The notes below the pieces were generated by a model, which had not been told where the DNA came from, ran no database searches, and saw only the letters and a list, made by a program, of their open reading frames with translations. A stretch of 64,000 nucleotides of DNA from Gammaproteobacteria bacterium. GTDB lineage: Bacteria; Pseudomonadota; Gammaproteobacteria; Pseudomonadales; Azotimanducaceae. The stretch's first letter is position 1. Every line of letters starts with the position of its first letter. The stretch is taken from the NCBI GenBank assembly GCA_028821125.1, contig JAPPHD010000071.1, positions 3,837 through 67,836 on the forward strand, in the 5' to 3' direction. The position numbers and the translations under genes are program-made. Of the stretch, positions 41,177-49,803 are shown piece by piece.

Positions 41177-41812
41177 ATGCGAGTCAACGAACAGTACGGC
41201 CTGGCCGTCGGCGTCCTGCTCGCAGTCGGCGCCCTGCTGCTCACCTTCTATTTCGCGCCCTGGCGCGGCAGCGTCGCCCCCGGCGCCCTGCCGCCGGAAC
41301 TGGCCGACGAGCCCGACCTGCTGATGGAAGGCGCCTCGATCACCCAGTTCCAGGACGACGGCGCCGTTCAGTACCGGCTGACGGCCCGGGAGATCCGCCA
41401 CTTCGAGGACGAGCAATTCACGCGGCTGCTCGCCCCCGACCTCGAACTCCACAGCGAACCCGACCCCCCGTGGCGCGTCACGTCGCTGCGCGGCGAGATC
41501 CACGGCACGGCCCAGGAGCCCGGGGGCGAGCAGGTTTTGCTGCGTGAGGCCGTGGTTGTCCACCAGGCCGGCTCCGGCTCCGACTTCATCACGATCCGCT
41601 GCGAAGCTCTCGATCTCTATCCCGATCGCAAATACGCCGAAACCGGGGGAGATGTTATGATCGACACCGATGTCGGCCGCACGACAGCCCGCGGAATGCA
41701 GGCCGATTTGACGCGCGGGTCGATGCAGCTAGCTTCCGGAAAAGATGCAGCAGTCCACACCATCGTCCAACGCGAGCAATTCCAGGAAAATCAAGCAGCG
41801 GACCAACCATAG
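41177..41812 (+). CDS. lptC: LPS export system protein LptC
   Basis: ORF 41177..41812. N-terminal TM anchor and an OstA-like beta-jellyroll. Position kdsC-lptC-lptA-lptB. Confidence 0.85.
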   Translation: MRVNEQYGLAVGVLLAVGALLLTFYFAPWRGSVAPGALPPELADEPDLLMEGASITQFQDDGAVQYRLTAREIRHFEDEQFTRLLAPDLELHSEPDPPWRVTSLRGEIHGTAQEPGGEQVLLREAVVVHQAGSGSDFITIRCEALDLYPDRKYAETGGDVMIDTDVGRTTARGMQADLTRGSMQLASGKDAAVHTIVQREQFQENQAADQP

Positions 41813-42326
41813 AACAGCGGCCCGGGCTGACCGCCGCGCGACGGCCGGAATCGCCGCGGCCTGGGCGCTGGCTTCGGGCGCCGCCTGGGCATTGCCCGAA
41901 GATGCCGCGCAGCCCATCCACATTCACTCGGAATCCGCGGAGATCGAGCGCCGGGCAGGCAGGATCGTCTACCTCGGGGCCGTGCGCGTGGAGCAGGGCA
42001 CGCTCAGGGTGCACGCCGAGCGTATGGTCGTCGACTATCACGACGGCAAGGTGGTCCGCATCACGGCCAACGGCGGGCCCGCCAGGTACACCCAGGAACT
42101 GGAAGACGATTCGGGGCAGGTCGACGCGGATGCATCCACCATCGTCTACCACACCCAGGAGGCACGCATCGACCTTGTGGGCGATGCGCATCTCGAACAA
42201 CGGGGCAATTCGCTTGAGGGCGACCTGATCCGATACGACATCCGCGCGGGCCGGGTCGCGGCCGGGGCGCCGGAACAGGGGCCGGTGCACACGACCCTCA
42301 TGCCCGCCGGGCAGGACGGACAATAA
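41745..42326 (+). CDS. lptA: LPS transport periplasmic protein LptA
   Basis: ORF 41745..42326. OstA_N-like sequence (..PIHIHSESAEIERRAGRIVYLGAVRVEQGTL..). The only canonical in-frame start is ATG 41745, which overlaps lptC by 68 nt. Confidence 0.85.
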   Translation: MQQSTPSSNASNSRKIKQRTNHRTAARADRRATAGIAAAWALASGAAWALPEDAAQPIHIHSESAEIERRAGRIVYLGAVRVEQGTLRVHAERMVVDYHDGKVVRITANGGPARYTQELEDDSGQVDADASTIVYHTQEARIDLVGDAHLEQRGNSLEGDLIRYDIRAGRVAAGAPEQGPVHTTLMPAGQDGQ

Positions 42327-42329
42327 CCC

Positions 42330-43055
42330 GTGGCCGTCCTGGAAGCCCGGCGCCTGCGCAAGGAATACCGGACGCGGCTCGCCGTCGAGAACGTCAGCCT
42401 CAGGGTGGAAAGCGGCGAGATCGTCGGCCTGCTCGGGCCGAACGGCGCCGGCAAGACCACCTGCTTCTACATGATCGTGGGGCTCCTCAAGGCCGAAGGC
42501 GGCACGATCTCACTCGACGGGCACGACCTTTCCGCATCGCCGATGCACCTCCGCGCCCGGGCCGGCATCGGCTACCTTCCCCAGGAAGCCAGCGTGTTCC
42601 GGAAACTCTCGGCCGAGGACAACCTGCGCGCCATCCTGGAACTGCGCCGAGACCTGGACCGGAAAGCCCAAGCGCGGCTGCTCGAACAGCTACTCGACGA
42701 GTTCAATCTGCACGCCGTGCGCAAGTCTCTCGGCGAGCGGCTTTCCGGGGGGGAACGCCGGCGTGTCGAGATCGCGCGGGCATTGGCCAGCAATCCCCGG
42801 TTCATGCTGCTCGACGAGCCGTTCGCGGGGGTCGACCCCATTTCCGTGGGCGACATCAAGCAGGAGATGCGCGACCTCGCGGCCCGTGACATCGGCGTGC
42901 TCGTCACCGACCACAACGTGCGGGACACCCTGGATATCTGCGACCGGGCCTACATCGTCAACGAAGGGCACATCATCGCGGAAGGAAACGCCGACGCGAT
43001 CCTGGCCAACGATACGGTGCGCAACGTCTACCTGGGCGAGAGCTTTCGCCTTTGA
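42330..43055 (+). CDS. lptB: LPS export ABC transporter ATPase LptB
   Basis: ORF 42330..43055. [33 protein letters not shown]. Confidence 0.95.
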   Translation: MAVLEARRLRKEYRTRLAVENVSLRVESGEIVGLLGPNGAGKTTCFYMIVGLLKAEGGTISLDGHDLSASPMHLRARAGIGYLPQEASVFRKLSAEDNLRAILELRRDLDRKAQARLLEQLLDEFNLHAVRKSLGERLSGGERRRVEIARALASNPRFMLLDEPFAGVDPISVGDIKQEMRDLAARDIGVLVTDHNVRDTLDICDRAYIVNEGHIIAEGNADAILANDTVRNVYLGESFRL

Positions 43056-43082
43056 CGCCGTGGCGTACCGTTCCGCACCGCC

Positions 43083-44630
43083 ATGAAGCCCACCCTGTCC
43101 CTGGGCCTCCGCCAGCAACTCAGGATGACCCCGCAATTGCAGCAGGCCATTCGCCTGCTGCAGCTTTCCGCGCCGGATCTTCAGCGCGAGGTCCGCGACA
43201 TGCTCGAGAGCAACCCCATGCTGGAGGAAGACGCCGAGGGCGAAGCCAATGAGCAGGCGGCCCGCGAACCCGTGCGCGACCGGGAATCGGCGGGTCTCTC
43301 CGATGCCGGCCACCCCGCGCACGCAAACGCTTCCGGAGATTTAGCCGGCACATCCGATCCCGCCGGTTTTTCCGACAACGCGGAAACCGCGCCGGAACAG
43401 CCCGCCGTGGACGCCGAACTGGCCCGGCCCATACCCGAGGACCTGCCCGTCGACAGCAACTGGGACGACATCTACCAGCCCCCCGCAACGCCCGCAAACA
43501 CAAGCGAGGCCTATCGCGACATCGCCGACACCAACAGCGCCGCGGAGACCCTTGACGACCACCTGCGCTGGCAGTTGAACCTGACGCCCATGTCCGATAC
43601 CGACCGCCTGATCGCCACGGCAATCATCGACGCCATCAACGCCGACGGCATGCTCGAGGCCGGCATGGACGACCTGCTGGAGAGTTTCGATCCGGCATTG
43701 GGGATCGGCGCCGACGAAGTGGATACCGTCCTGAAGCACGTCCAGCAGTTCGACCCGGCCGGCGTTGCGGCCAGGGACATTCCCGAATGCCTCACCCTGC
43801 AACTCGAAGCGCTGGACGCCGCAACCCCCTGGCGCAACGAAGCCATCGCCGTCGTCTCGAAACACATCGGCCTCCTGGGCGAGCGGGACTTCACCACCCT
43901 CAAGCGCAGGACACGGCTCGGTGAACCGGAACTCGCCGAGATCGCCGCCCTGATCCGGTCGCTGAACCCGCGCCCCGGCGCCGCGCTGGCCTCCGGGCCG
44001 GCGGAGTACGTGATTCCCGACGTGGTGGTGCGCAAGGAGAAAGACCGTTGGGTGGTCGAACTGAACCCGGAAGCGACCCCGGCGCTGCGCATCAACCAGG
44101 GCTATGCCTCGCTCGTGCGGCGCGCCGACAACAGCCGCCAGAACACCTGGCTCAGGGACAACCTGAACGAAGCCCGCTGGTTCCTTAAAAGCCTGGAAAG
44201 CCGGCACGAGACGCTGCTCAGGGTGGCGAGCAAGATCGTCGAGTTCCAGCGCGCCTTCCTGGAACACGGCGAGGAGGCCATGCGGCCCCTGGTGCTGCAC
44301 GATGTCGCCGAAGCGGTGAACCTGCACGAGTCGACCATTTCCAGGGTCACCAGCAGGAAATACATGCAGACGCCCCGCGGGCTGTTCGAACTGAAGTACT
44401 TCTTCTCGAGCCACGTGAACACCGCCGACGGCGACGAAATTTCCAGCACCGCGATCCGTGCGCTGATCCGAAAACTCACCGCGGACGAAAACCCCAGAAA
44501 ACCGTTGAGCGACAGCCGGATCGCGGCAATACTGGCGGAACGGAACATCAATGTCGCCAGGCGCACCGTTGCCAAGTACCGCGAATCGATGTCAATTCCA
44601 GCGTCGAACCGGCGCAAGAGCTTGCTATGA
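43083..44630 (+). CDS. rpoN: RNA polymerase sigma-54 factor RpoN
   Basis: ORF 43083..44630. N-terminal LRQQLRMTPQLQQAIRLLQLS and the C-terminal RpoN box ARRTVAKYR. Confidence 0.96.
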   Translation: MKPTLSLGLRQQLRMTPQLQQAIRLLQLSAPDLQREVRDMLESNPMLEEDAEGEANEQAAREPVRDRESAGLSDAGHPAHANASGDLAGTSDPAGFSDNAETAPEQPAVDAELARPIPEDLPVDSNWDDIYQPPATPANTSEAYRDIADTNSAAETLDDHLRWQLNLTPMSDTDRLIATAIIDAINADGMLEAGMDDLLESFDPALGIGADEVDTVLKHVQQFDPAGVAARDIPECLTLQLEALDAATPWRNEAIAVVSKHIGLLGERDFTTLKRRTRLGEPELAEIAALIRSLNPRPGAALASGPAEYVIPDVVVRKEKDRWVVELNPEATPALRINQGYASLVRRADNSRQNTWLRDNLNEARWFLKSLESRHETLLRVASKIVEFQRAFLEHGEEAMRPLVLHDVAEAVNLHESTISRVTSRKYMQTPRGLFELKYFFSSHVNTADGDEISSTAIRALIRKLTADENPRKPLSDSRIAAILAERNINVARRTVAKYRESMSIPASNRRKSLL

Positions 44631-44688
44631 AAGACGGGAAACCGGCGAGCCGGGACGCTGACGTGCAAGGAACGTTTGGCAGTAGGAT

Positions 44689-44894
44689 GAGAGTCGGTGT
44701 GCGGTGCGGGCATCCGGCACCTTTAAGGGTCGCCACCGGTCGGGCGCAGCCCGAGCCGAAGCACCGCTTCGGCAGGTGGCGACGCCCCGCAACTGGTTGC
44801 GGGGCCGGTCTGCCGAACAACCGATACTCTAGCCGAGCCCATTCAGCATTGCTGTCCGCCTGGCGTGCCGGATGCCCGTACCGCATACCGACTC
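44689..44894 (+). repeat. Family A hairpin repeat, copy A3, with an enlarged 144-nt structured loop
   Basis: Arms are GAGAGTCGGTGTGCGGTGCGGGCATCCGGCAC (44689-44720) and GTGCCGGATGCCCGTACCGCATACCGACTC (44865-44894). The loop contains nested stems GTCGCCACC/GGTGGCGAC and CCCCGCAAC/GTTGCGGGG. Confidence 0.88.
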
Positions 44895-44933
44895 GGCGCC
44901 GAATCACCGATATCATGTCAAAGGAGGCATCTC

Positions 44934-45236
44934 ATGCAGTTGAGCATTTCGGGACACCACATCGATGTCACGCCGGCCCTCAGGCAATACGTCACCGGCA
45001 AGTTGACCCGGCTTGAACGGCACTACGACCACATCACCAACATGCACGTGGTGCTGAGCGTCCAGAAGCTCGACCAGAGAGCCGAGGCGACCGCCCATGT
45101 GAGCGGCGCGGAGCTGTTCGCGGACGCCACATCCGGTGACCTGTACGCGGCGATCGACATGCTTGCCGACAAGCTCGACCGCCAGATCGTCAAGTACAAG
45201 GAGAAAGTCATCGCCCGCCGCCACGGCCGGGGCTAG
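44934..45236 (+). CDS. hpf: Ribosome hibernation promoting factor HPF (short form)
   Basis: 100 codons of ORF 44865..45236, starting at MQLSISGHHIDVTPALRQYV (ATG 44934, preceded by AGGAGG). Confidence 0.93.
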   Translation: MQLSISGHHIDVTPALRQYVTGKLTRLERHYDHITNMHVVLSVQKLDQRAEATAHVSGAELFADATSGDLYAAIDMLADKLDRQIVKYKEKVIARRHGRG

Positions 45237-45261
45237 TGTCCTGTCAACACGACAACCTGTC

Positions 45262-45738
45262 ATGGTGCGCATCGAAGACCTGCTTCCGCCGGAGTGCGTG
45301 CACCCGGCCGTGTCTGTCCAAAGCCGCAAACGCAGCCTCGACTTCGCCGCCGATCTCCTCGCGGAACGGCATCCCGGCGTGGATGCGCGGCCCCTGTTCG
45401 ACGCGCTCATGGAACGCGAGCGGCTCGGCAGCACCGGCATCGGCGAGGGGGTCGCGATTCCGCACTGCCGCCTGGAATGCCCCGGCATGATGGCGGCGTT
45501 CATCCGGCTGGCGGAGCCGGTCGACTACGATGCGCCGGACGGCAAGCCGGTAGACCTGCTGTTCGTGCTTGTGGTGCCGCCGGGGGAGAACAGCGCGCAC
45601 CTGGAGGTGCTGGCCACACTCGCCACCGTATTCCGCGACCCCGCCACCCGTGACCGCCTGCGGCAGGCCGGCAGTTCCGAGGAACTGAGCGCAACCCTAT
45701 TCGACGCGGCCGCCCGTCCGTTCGGGGCCGGAGGATGA
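45262..45738 (+). CDS. ptsN: Nitrogen-PTS EIIA protein PtsN
   Basis: 158 codons of ORF 45136..45738, starting at MVRIEDLL (ATG 45262). Phosphorylation-site region GIGEGVAIPHCR. Confidence 0.9.
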   Translation: MVRIEDLLPPECVHPAVSVQSRKRSLDFAADLLAERHPGVDARPLFDALMERERLGSTGIGEGVAIPHCRLECPGMMAAFIRLAEPVDYDAPDGKPVDLLFVLVVPPGENSAHLEVLATLATVFRDPATRDRLRQAGSSEELSATLFDAAARPFGAGG

Positions 45739-46595
45739 AGCTGACCATCATCAGCGGCCGGTCGGGCTCGGGGAAGAGCACCGCGCTCAGCACCCTGGAG
45801 GACGCCGGGTACCACTGCGTCGACAACCTGCCCGTCGGCCTGCTGCAATCCCTCGTCGACCAGGCACTGCACGTTCCGGGCGCCCGGAAGGGCAACATGG
45901 CGGTCTGCATCGATGCGCGCACTACCGGTCTGGAGCGCTTCCCGGAAATCCTGAGCGCCCTGTACGAAGCCGGCCTCGAATGCCAGGTCATCTATCTGGA
46001 CGCTTCCAACGCCACTTTGGTGCGTCGCGCCAGCGAAACCCGCCGCCGCCACCCGCTCACCGATGCACAGACCGACCTGCCCCAGGCCATCGAAGCGGAA
46101 ACCGAACTGCTCGCACACATCGCGGGCCTGGCCGACCTGCGCATCGATACCAGCGACTTCCTCGCCCAGGAGTTGATCGAATCGGTGCGGGACCGGGTGG
46201 TGGCGCCCGACCAGGCGGGATTGAGCCTTCTGTTCCGGTCGTTCGGCTACCGCTTCGGCGTTCCTCCGGACTCCGACATGGTCTTCGACCTCCGCTGCCT
46301 GCCAAACCCCAACTGGGTGCCGGACCTGCGCCCGCTGACCGGGCTCGACGAGCGGGTGCGGGCCCACCTTTCCGGCGAAGCGCCCGTCACCGGGATGTTC
46401 GAGGACATCGCCGGCCATCTCCACACCTGGCTGCCGCGCTTCGAGGACAACAACCGGGCGTACGTGACGGTAAGCCTCGGCTGCACCGGCGGGCAGCACC
46501 GCAGCGTCTACATGGCGGAACGTCTCGGCCTGCACTTCGCCGACCGCTACGCCAACGTGCTCGTACGCCACCGCGAACTCAGGATGCGGGCATGA
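45735..46595 (+). CDS. rapZ: RNase adapter protein RapZ (YhbJ)
   Basis: ORF 45735..46595. Walker A GRSGSGKST and C-terminal ..GCTGGQHRSV... Confidence 0.93.
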   Translation: MKLTIISGRSGSGKSTALSTLEDAGYHCVDNLPVGLLQSLVDQALHVPGARKGNMAVCIDARTTGLERFPEILSALYEAGLECQVIYLDASNATLVRRASETRRRHPLTDAQTDLPQAIEAETELLAHIAGLADLRIDTSDFLAQELIESVRDRVVAPDQAGLSLLFRSFGYRFGVPPDSDMVFDLRCLPNPNWVPDLRPLTGLDERVRAHLSGEAPVTGMFEDIAGHLHTWLPRFEDNNRAYVTVSLGCTGGQHRSVYMAERLGLHFADRYANVLVRHRELRMRA

Positions 46596-46861
46596 AGCGC
46601 GCCGAGGTCACGCTGGTGAACCGGCTCGGCCTGCACGCCCGCGCCGCCGCCAGGCTGGTGGCCGTGGCAAAGACATTCGCAAGCCGCATCACCCTCGAGA
46701 AGGACGGCACCGTGGTGGACGGCAAGAGCATTATGAACATCCTGCTGCTGGCCGCGCCGGTGCACAGCCGGCTGCAACTCACCGTGGAGGGGGAGGACGA
46801 GGCCGAAGCGTTCGCCGCCATCGAGGCGCTCATCGCCGACCGATTCGGGGAGGAGGAGTAA
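46592..46861 (+). CDS. ptsO: HPr-like phosphocarrier protein NPr (PtsO)
   Basis: ATG 46592 (ATGA overlap with the rapZ stop). 89 aa, MKRAEVTLVNRLGLHARAAARLV with the active-site His. Confidence 0.9.
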   Translation: MKRAEVTLVNRLGLHARAAARLVAVAKTFASRITLEKDGTVVDGKSIMNILLLAAPVHSRLQLTVEGEDEAEAFAAIEALIADRFGEEE

Positions 46862-46963
46862 AACCGCTTCCACAGCAAGCACCGGCGCACGAAACAGCGC
46901 GCAAGGACCCTGGCCCGGCCGGTTGCAACCCCGTAGCGAACCCGTAACCTTGCCGCCGGGTCC

Positions 46964-47147
46964 CTAGCCGCACCTATTCATGAATAAACTACTGCGGTCG
47001 TCAATAGCAGCGAAAACACTGGGCGTGCTCCCGCCGCGTACTCGACGTGCTGTCAAGCACGCCTCCGTTCGCTCTGGTCCGCGCCACCCAGCGTTTTCAC
47101 TACTCTTGCCAACCTCGCTACGTTCATTCATGAATAGGTCCGGCTAG
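46964..47147. repeat. Family C palindromic element, full copy C1 (about 184 bp, 26-nt terminal inverted repeats)
   Basis: CTAGCCGCACCTATTCATGAATAAAC ... GTTCATTCATGAATAGGTCCGGCTAG. About 90 percent identical by eye to the copy at 61544-61725, in the same orientation. Ends 21 nt before the mgtE ATG. Confidence 0.9.
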
Positions 47148-47168
47148 CACCCGGGCGGGCATCGAGCC

Positions 47169-48506
47169 ATGGATTTCCAGGAACGTTTCAGCGAAGTCAT
47201 CCGGTCTTACGGCGCCGGCGCGCTGGACGACTCCCGTGTGCTGCTGAAGTCCCTCCGGCCCCGGGAGACGGCCAACCTGCTGGAAGCGTCGCCGCCCAAG
47301 GTGCGCGAGTTCCTGTGGGACCTGATGGACGACGACACCTCCAACCAGGTGCTGCACCACCTCGCCGAGGATGTCCGCGCCGACTTCCTGGAGGGCATGG
47401 ACACCGCCCAGCTTCTCGCCGCCGCCGACGACCTCGACACCGACGACCTGGCCGACCTGCTCCAGGAACTGCCGGACACCATCGCCCGGCAGGTGCTCGA
47501 TTCCATGAGCGCGGCGGACCGGGGCCGGGTGGAAGCGGTGATGTCCTACCCGGAGGACAGCGCCGGCGGGATGATGAACATCGACGCCATCACGGTGCAG
47601 CCCCGCCATGCCCTGGACATCGTGCAGCGCTACCTGCGCCTGCGCAAGGACCTGCCGGAAACCACCGATGCCCTGGTGGTGGTGAACAGCCGGGACGAGT
47701 ACGTCGGCATGCTGCCCATCGCCAGGCTGCTCACTTCCGACCCGAGCGTGACGGTGCGCGAAGTGATGGACACCGATGCCCGGGCGATCCCCGTTGACAT
47801 GAACGACACCGAGGTCGCGAGGCTCTTCTCGGAAGAAGACCTGGTATCCGCCCCGGTGACCGATGCCCACGGCAGGCTGGTGGGCCGGATCACCATCGAC
47901 GATGTGGTGGACGTCATCATCGAGGACGCAGACGAGGCGGTTCTCGCCCGCGCGGGCCTCGAACTCGACGAGGACACCTTCGCACCCATCGCCAAGTCGG
48001 TGCGGCGACGCACGATCTGGCTCGGCATCAACCTGATCACCGCCTTCGTGGCGGCCGCCGTGATCAACATCTTCGAGGAGACCATCGCCAAGGTGGTGGC
48101 GCTGGCGGTGCTCATGCCCATCGTCGCCAGCATGGGCGGCATCGCCGGCACGCAGACCCTGACCCTGGTGATCCGCGGAATCGCACTCGGCCACGTCGGG
48201 CGGGCGAACCTGTTCTGGCTCTTGAACCGCGAGTTCATCGTGGCGGCGCTGAATGGCCTCTTCTGGGCGGCCCTGGTCGCCGTCACGGCGGCGTTCGCGT
48301 TCCGAGATCCCATTCTCGGCGCGGTGATCGCCGTGGCCATGGTGGTCAACATCCTGGTCGCCGCGGTTTCCGGCACCCTGTTGCCGAGCGCGCTCAACCG
48401 GCTGTCCATCGACCCTGCCATCGCCGGCGGCGTGATTCTCACCACCATTACCGACGTGACGGGATTCTTTGTCTTTCTGGGTCTCGCCACCTGGGCATAC
48501 GCGTGA
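47169..48506 (+). CDS. mgtE: Magnesium transporter MgtE
   Basis: ORF 47169..48506. N-domain, tandem CBS domains and a C-terminal TM domain (..MPIVASMGGIAGTQT..). Confidence 0.93.
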   Translation: MDFQERFSEVIRSYGAGALDDSRVLLKSLRPRETANLLEASPPKVREFLWDLMDDDTSNQVLHHLAEDVRADFLEGMDTAQLLAAADDLDTDDLADLLQELPDTIARQVLDSMSAADRGRVEAVMSYPEDSAGGMMNIDAITVQPRHALDIVQRYLRLRKDLPETTDALVVVNSRDEYVGMLPIARLLTSDPSVTVREVMDTDARAIPVDMNDTEVARLFSEEDLVSAPVTDAHGRLVGRITIDDVVDVIIEDADEAVLARAGLELDEDTFAPIAKSVRRRTIWLGINLITAFVAAAVINIFEETIAKVVALAVLMPIVASMGGIAGTQTLTLVIRGIALGHVGRANLFWLLNREFIVAALNGLFWAALVAVTAAFAFRDPILGAVIAVAMVVNILVAAVSGTLLPSALNRLSIDPAIAGGVILTTITDVTGFFVFLGLATWAYA

Positions 48507-48538
48507 GGCCGGGGTCCGGATCGCCGATGCAACGAGCC

Positions 48539-48570
48539 TCCGGTACAAACGCCGTCACACCTGTACCGGA
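48539..48570 (+). terminator. Stem-loop downstream of mgtE (possible terminator, no U-tract)
   Basis: TCCGGTACA (48539-47), a 14-nt loop, then TGTACCGGA (48562-70). Sits 33 nt after the mgtE stop. Confidence 0.3.
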
Positions 48571-48668
48571 CGGCCCGAGACGGCAGCCTTGAAGTTGCGG
48601 GCACGTTCAAACATGCCGTATTGGAAAACGAAAGAGACGGATCAATCAGCAAGCATCAGGAGAACGAA

Positions 48669-49652
48669 ATGACAAACTACAACCGATGGCAAATCGAGCA
48701 GACCGGCGGCCCGGAGCAACTGGGCTGGGTAAGCGGCGACCTCGAACCGCAAGGCACGCAAGCCCTCGTTCGACATACGGCGGTGGGCATTAACTTCATC
48801 GACACCTACATCCGCAGCGGACTCTATCCGGCGCCGTTACCGACGGGCATCGGCATGGAGGGCGCGGGCATCGTCGAAGCGGTGGGGCCCGATGCGCACC
48901 TGGTGCGCGTCGGCGACCGGGTGGGCTACTGCACATCAGGGCCGGGCAGCTACGCCGAAGCGCGCCTTGCGGACGAGGCGACCCTGATTCCACTGCCGGA
49001 CGGCATTGACGACGAAACCGCCGCGGCCGCCCTGCTGAAAGGACTGACCGTGTGTTACCTGCTGCGCAAGACGTTCGTGGTGAACGATTCGCACACGGTG
49101 CTGTTCCATGCCGCGGCGGGCGGCGTCGGCCTGATCTTCTGCCAATGGGCGAAAGCGCTCGGGGCGCGTGTGATCGGCACCGCGGGCTCCGCCGAGAAGG
49201 GCGAACTGGCGCGGGCCAACGGTTGCGACGAGATCATTCTCTACCGTCAGGAAGAAGTCGCGCCCCGGGTCCGGGCGCTGACCGGCGGGCGCGGAGTGGA
49301 CGTCGCCTACGATGCCGTGGGCAGGGATACCTACCAGGGCACGCTCGACAGCATCGCCCCGCACGGGCTGTTCGCCTCTTTCGGCAACGCTTCCGGGCCG
49401 CCCCCCGCGGTGAACCCCATGGACCTGATGCAGCGCGGTTCCCTGATGTTCACGCGCACCTCCCTGTTCTCCTACGCCAGCACCCGCGAGGACCTGCTCG
49501 GCCTCGCCGACATGCTGTTCGAGGCGATCGGCAACGGCAGCGTGAAGATTCACATCAACCACCGTTATCCGCTGAGCGAGGCGCCACAGGTGCACCGGGA
49601 CCTTGAAGCAAGGCGCACCACCGGTTCCATCGTGATGCTGCCCGGTGGGTAA
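48669..49652 (+). CDS. qor: NADPH:quinone oxidoreductase (zeta-crystallin-like MDR family)
   Basis: 327 codons of ORF 48621..49652, starting at MTNYNRWQIEQTGGPEQL (ATG 48669, preceded by AGGAG). AAAGGVG nucleotide-binding motif. Confidence 0.85.
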   Translation: MTNYNRWQIEQTGGPEQLGWVSGDLEPQGTQALVRHTAVGINFIDTYIRSGLYPAPLPTGIGMEGAGIVEAVGPDAHLVRVGDRVGYCTSGPGSYAEARLADEATLIPLPDGIDDETAAAALLKGLTVCYLLRKTFVVNDSHTVLFHAAAGGVGLIFCQWAKALGARVIGTAGSAEKGELARANGCDEIILYRQEEVAPRVRALTGGRGVDVAYDAVGRDTYQGTLDSIAPHGLFASFGNASGPPPAVNPMDLMQRGSLMFTRTSLFSYASTREDLLGLADMLFEAIGNGSVKIHINHRYPLSEAPQVHRDLEARRTTGSIVMLPGG

Positions 49653-49803
49653 CGCGCGCGGCGGAACCGTTGTTCAAACGGGCGGTCAAAACAAGTGCCG
49701 CGTCAGCTTTTTCAATAGCACGCGACCGGGGCGTCGGGGCACTTCACCGCCCGGCGGAACCGGCATGGATAACGGGGCACCGGGCGCGTAGAGTAAGGGC
49801 GTC

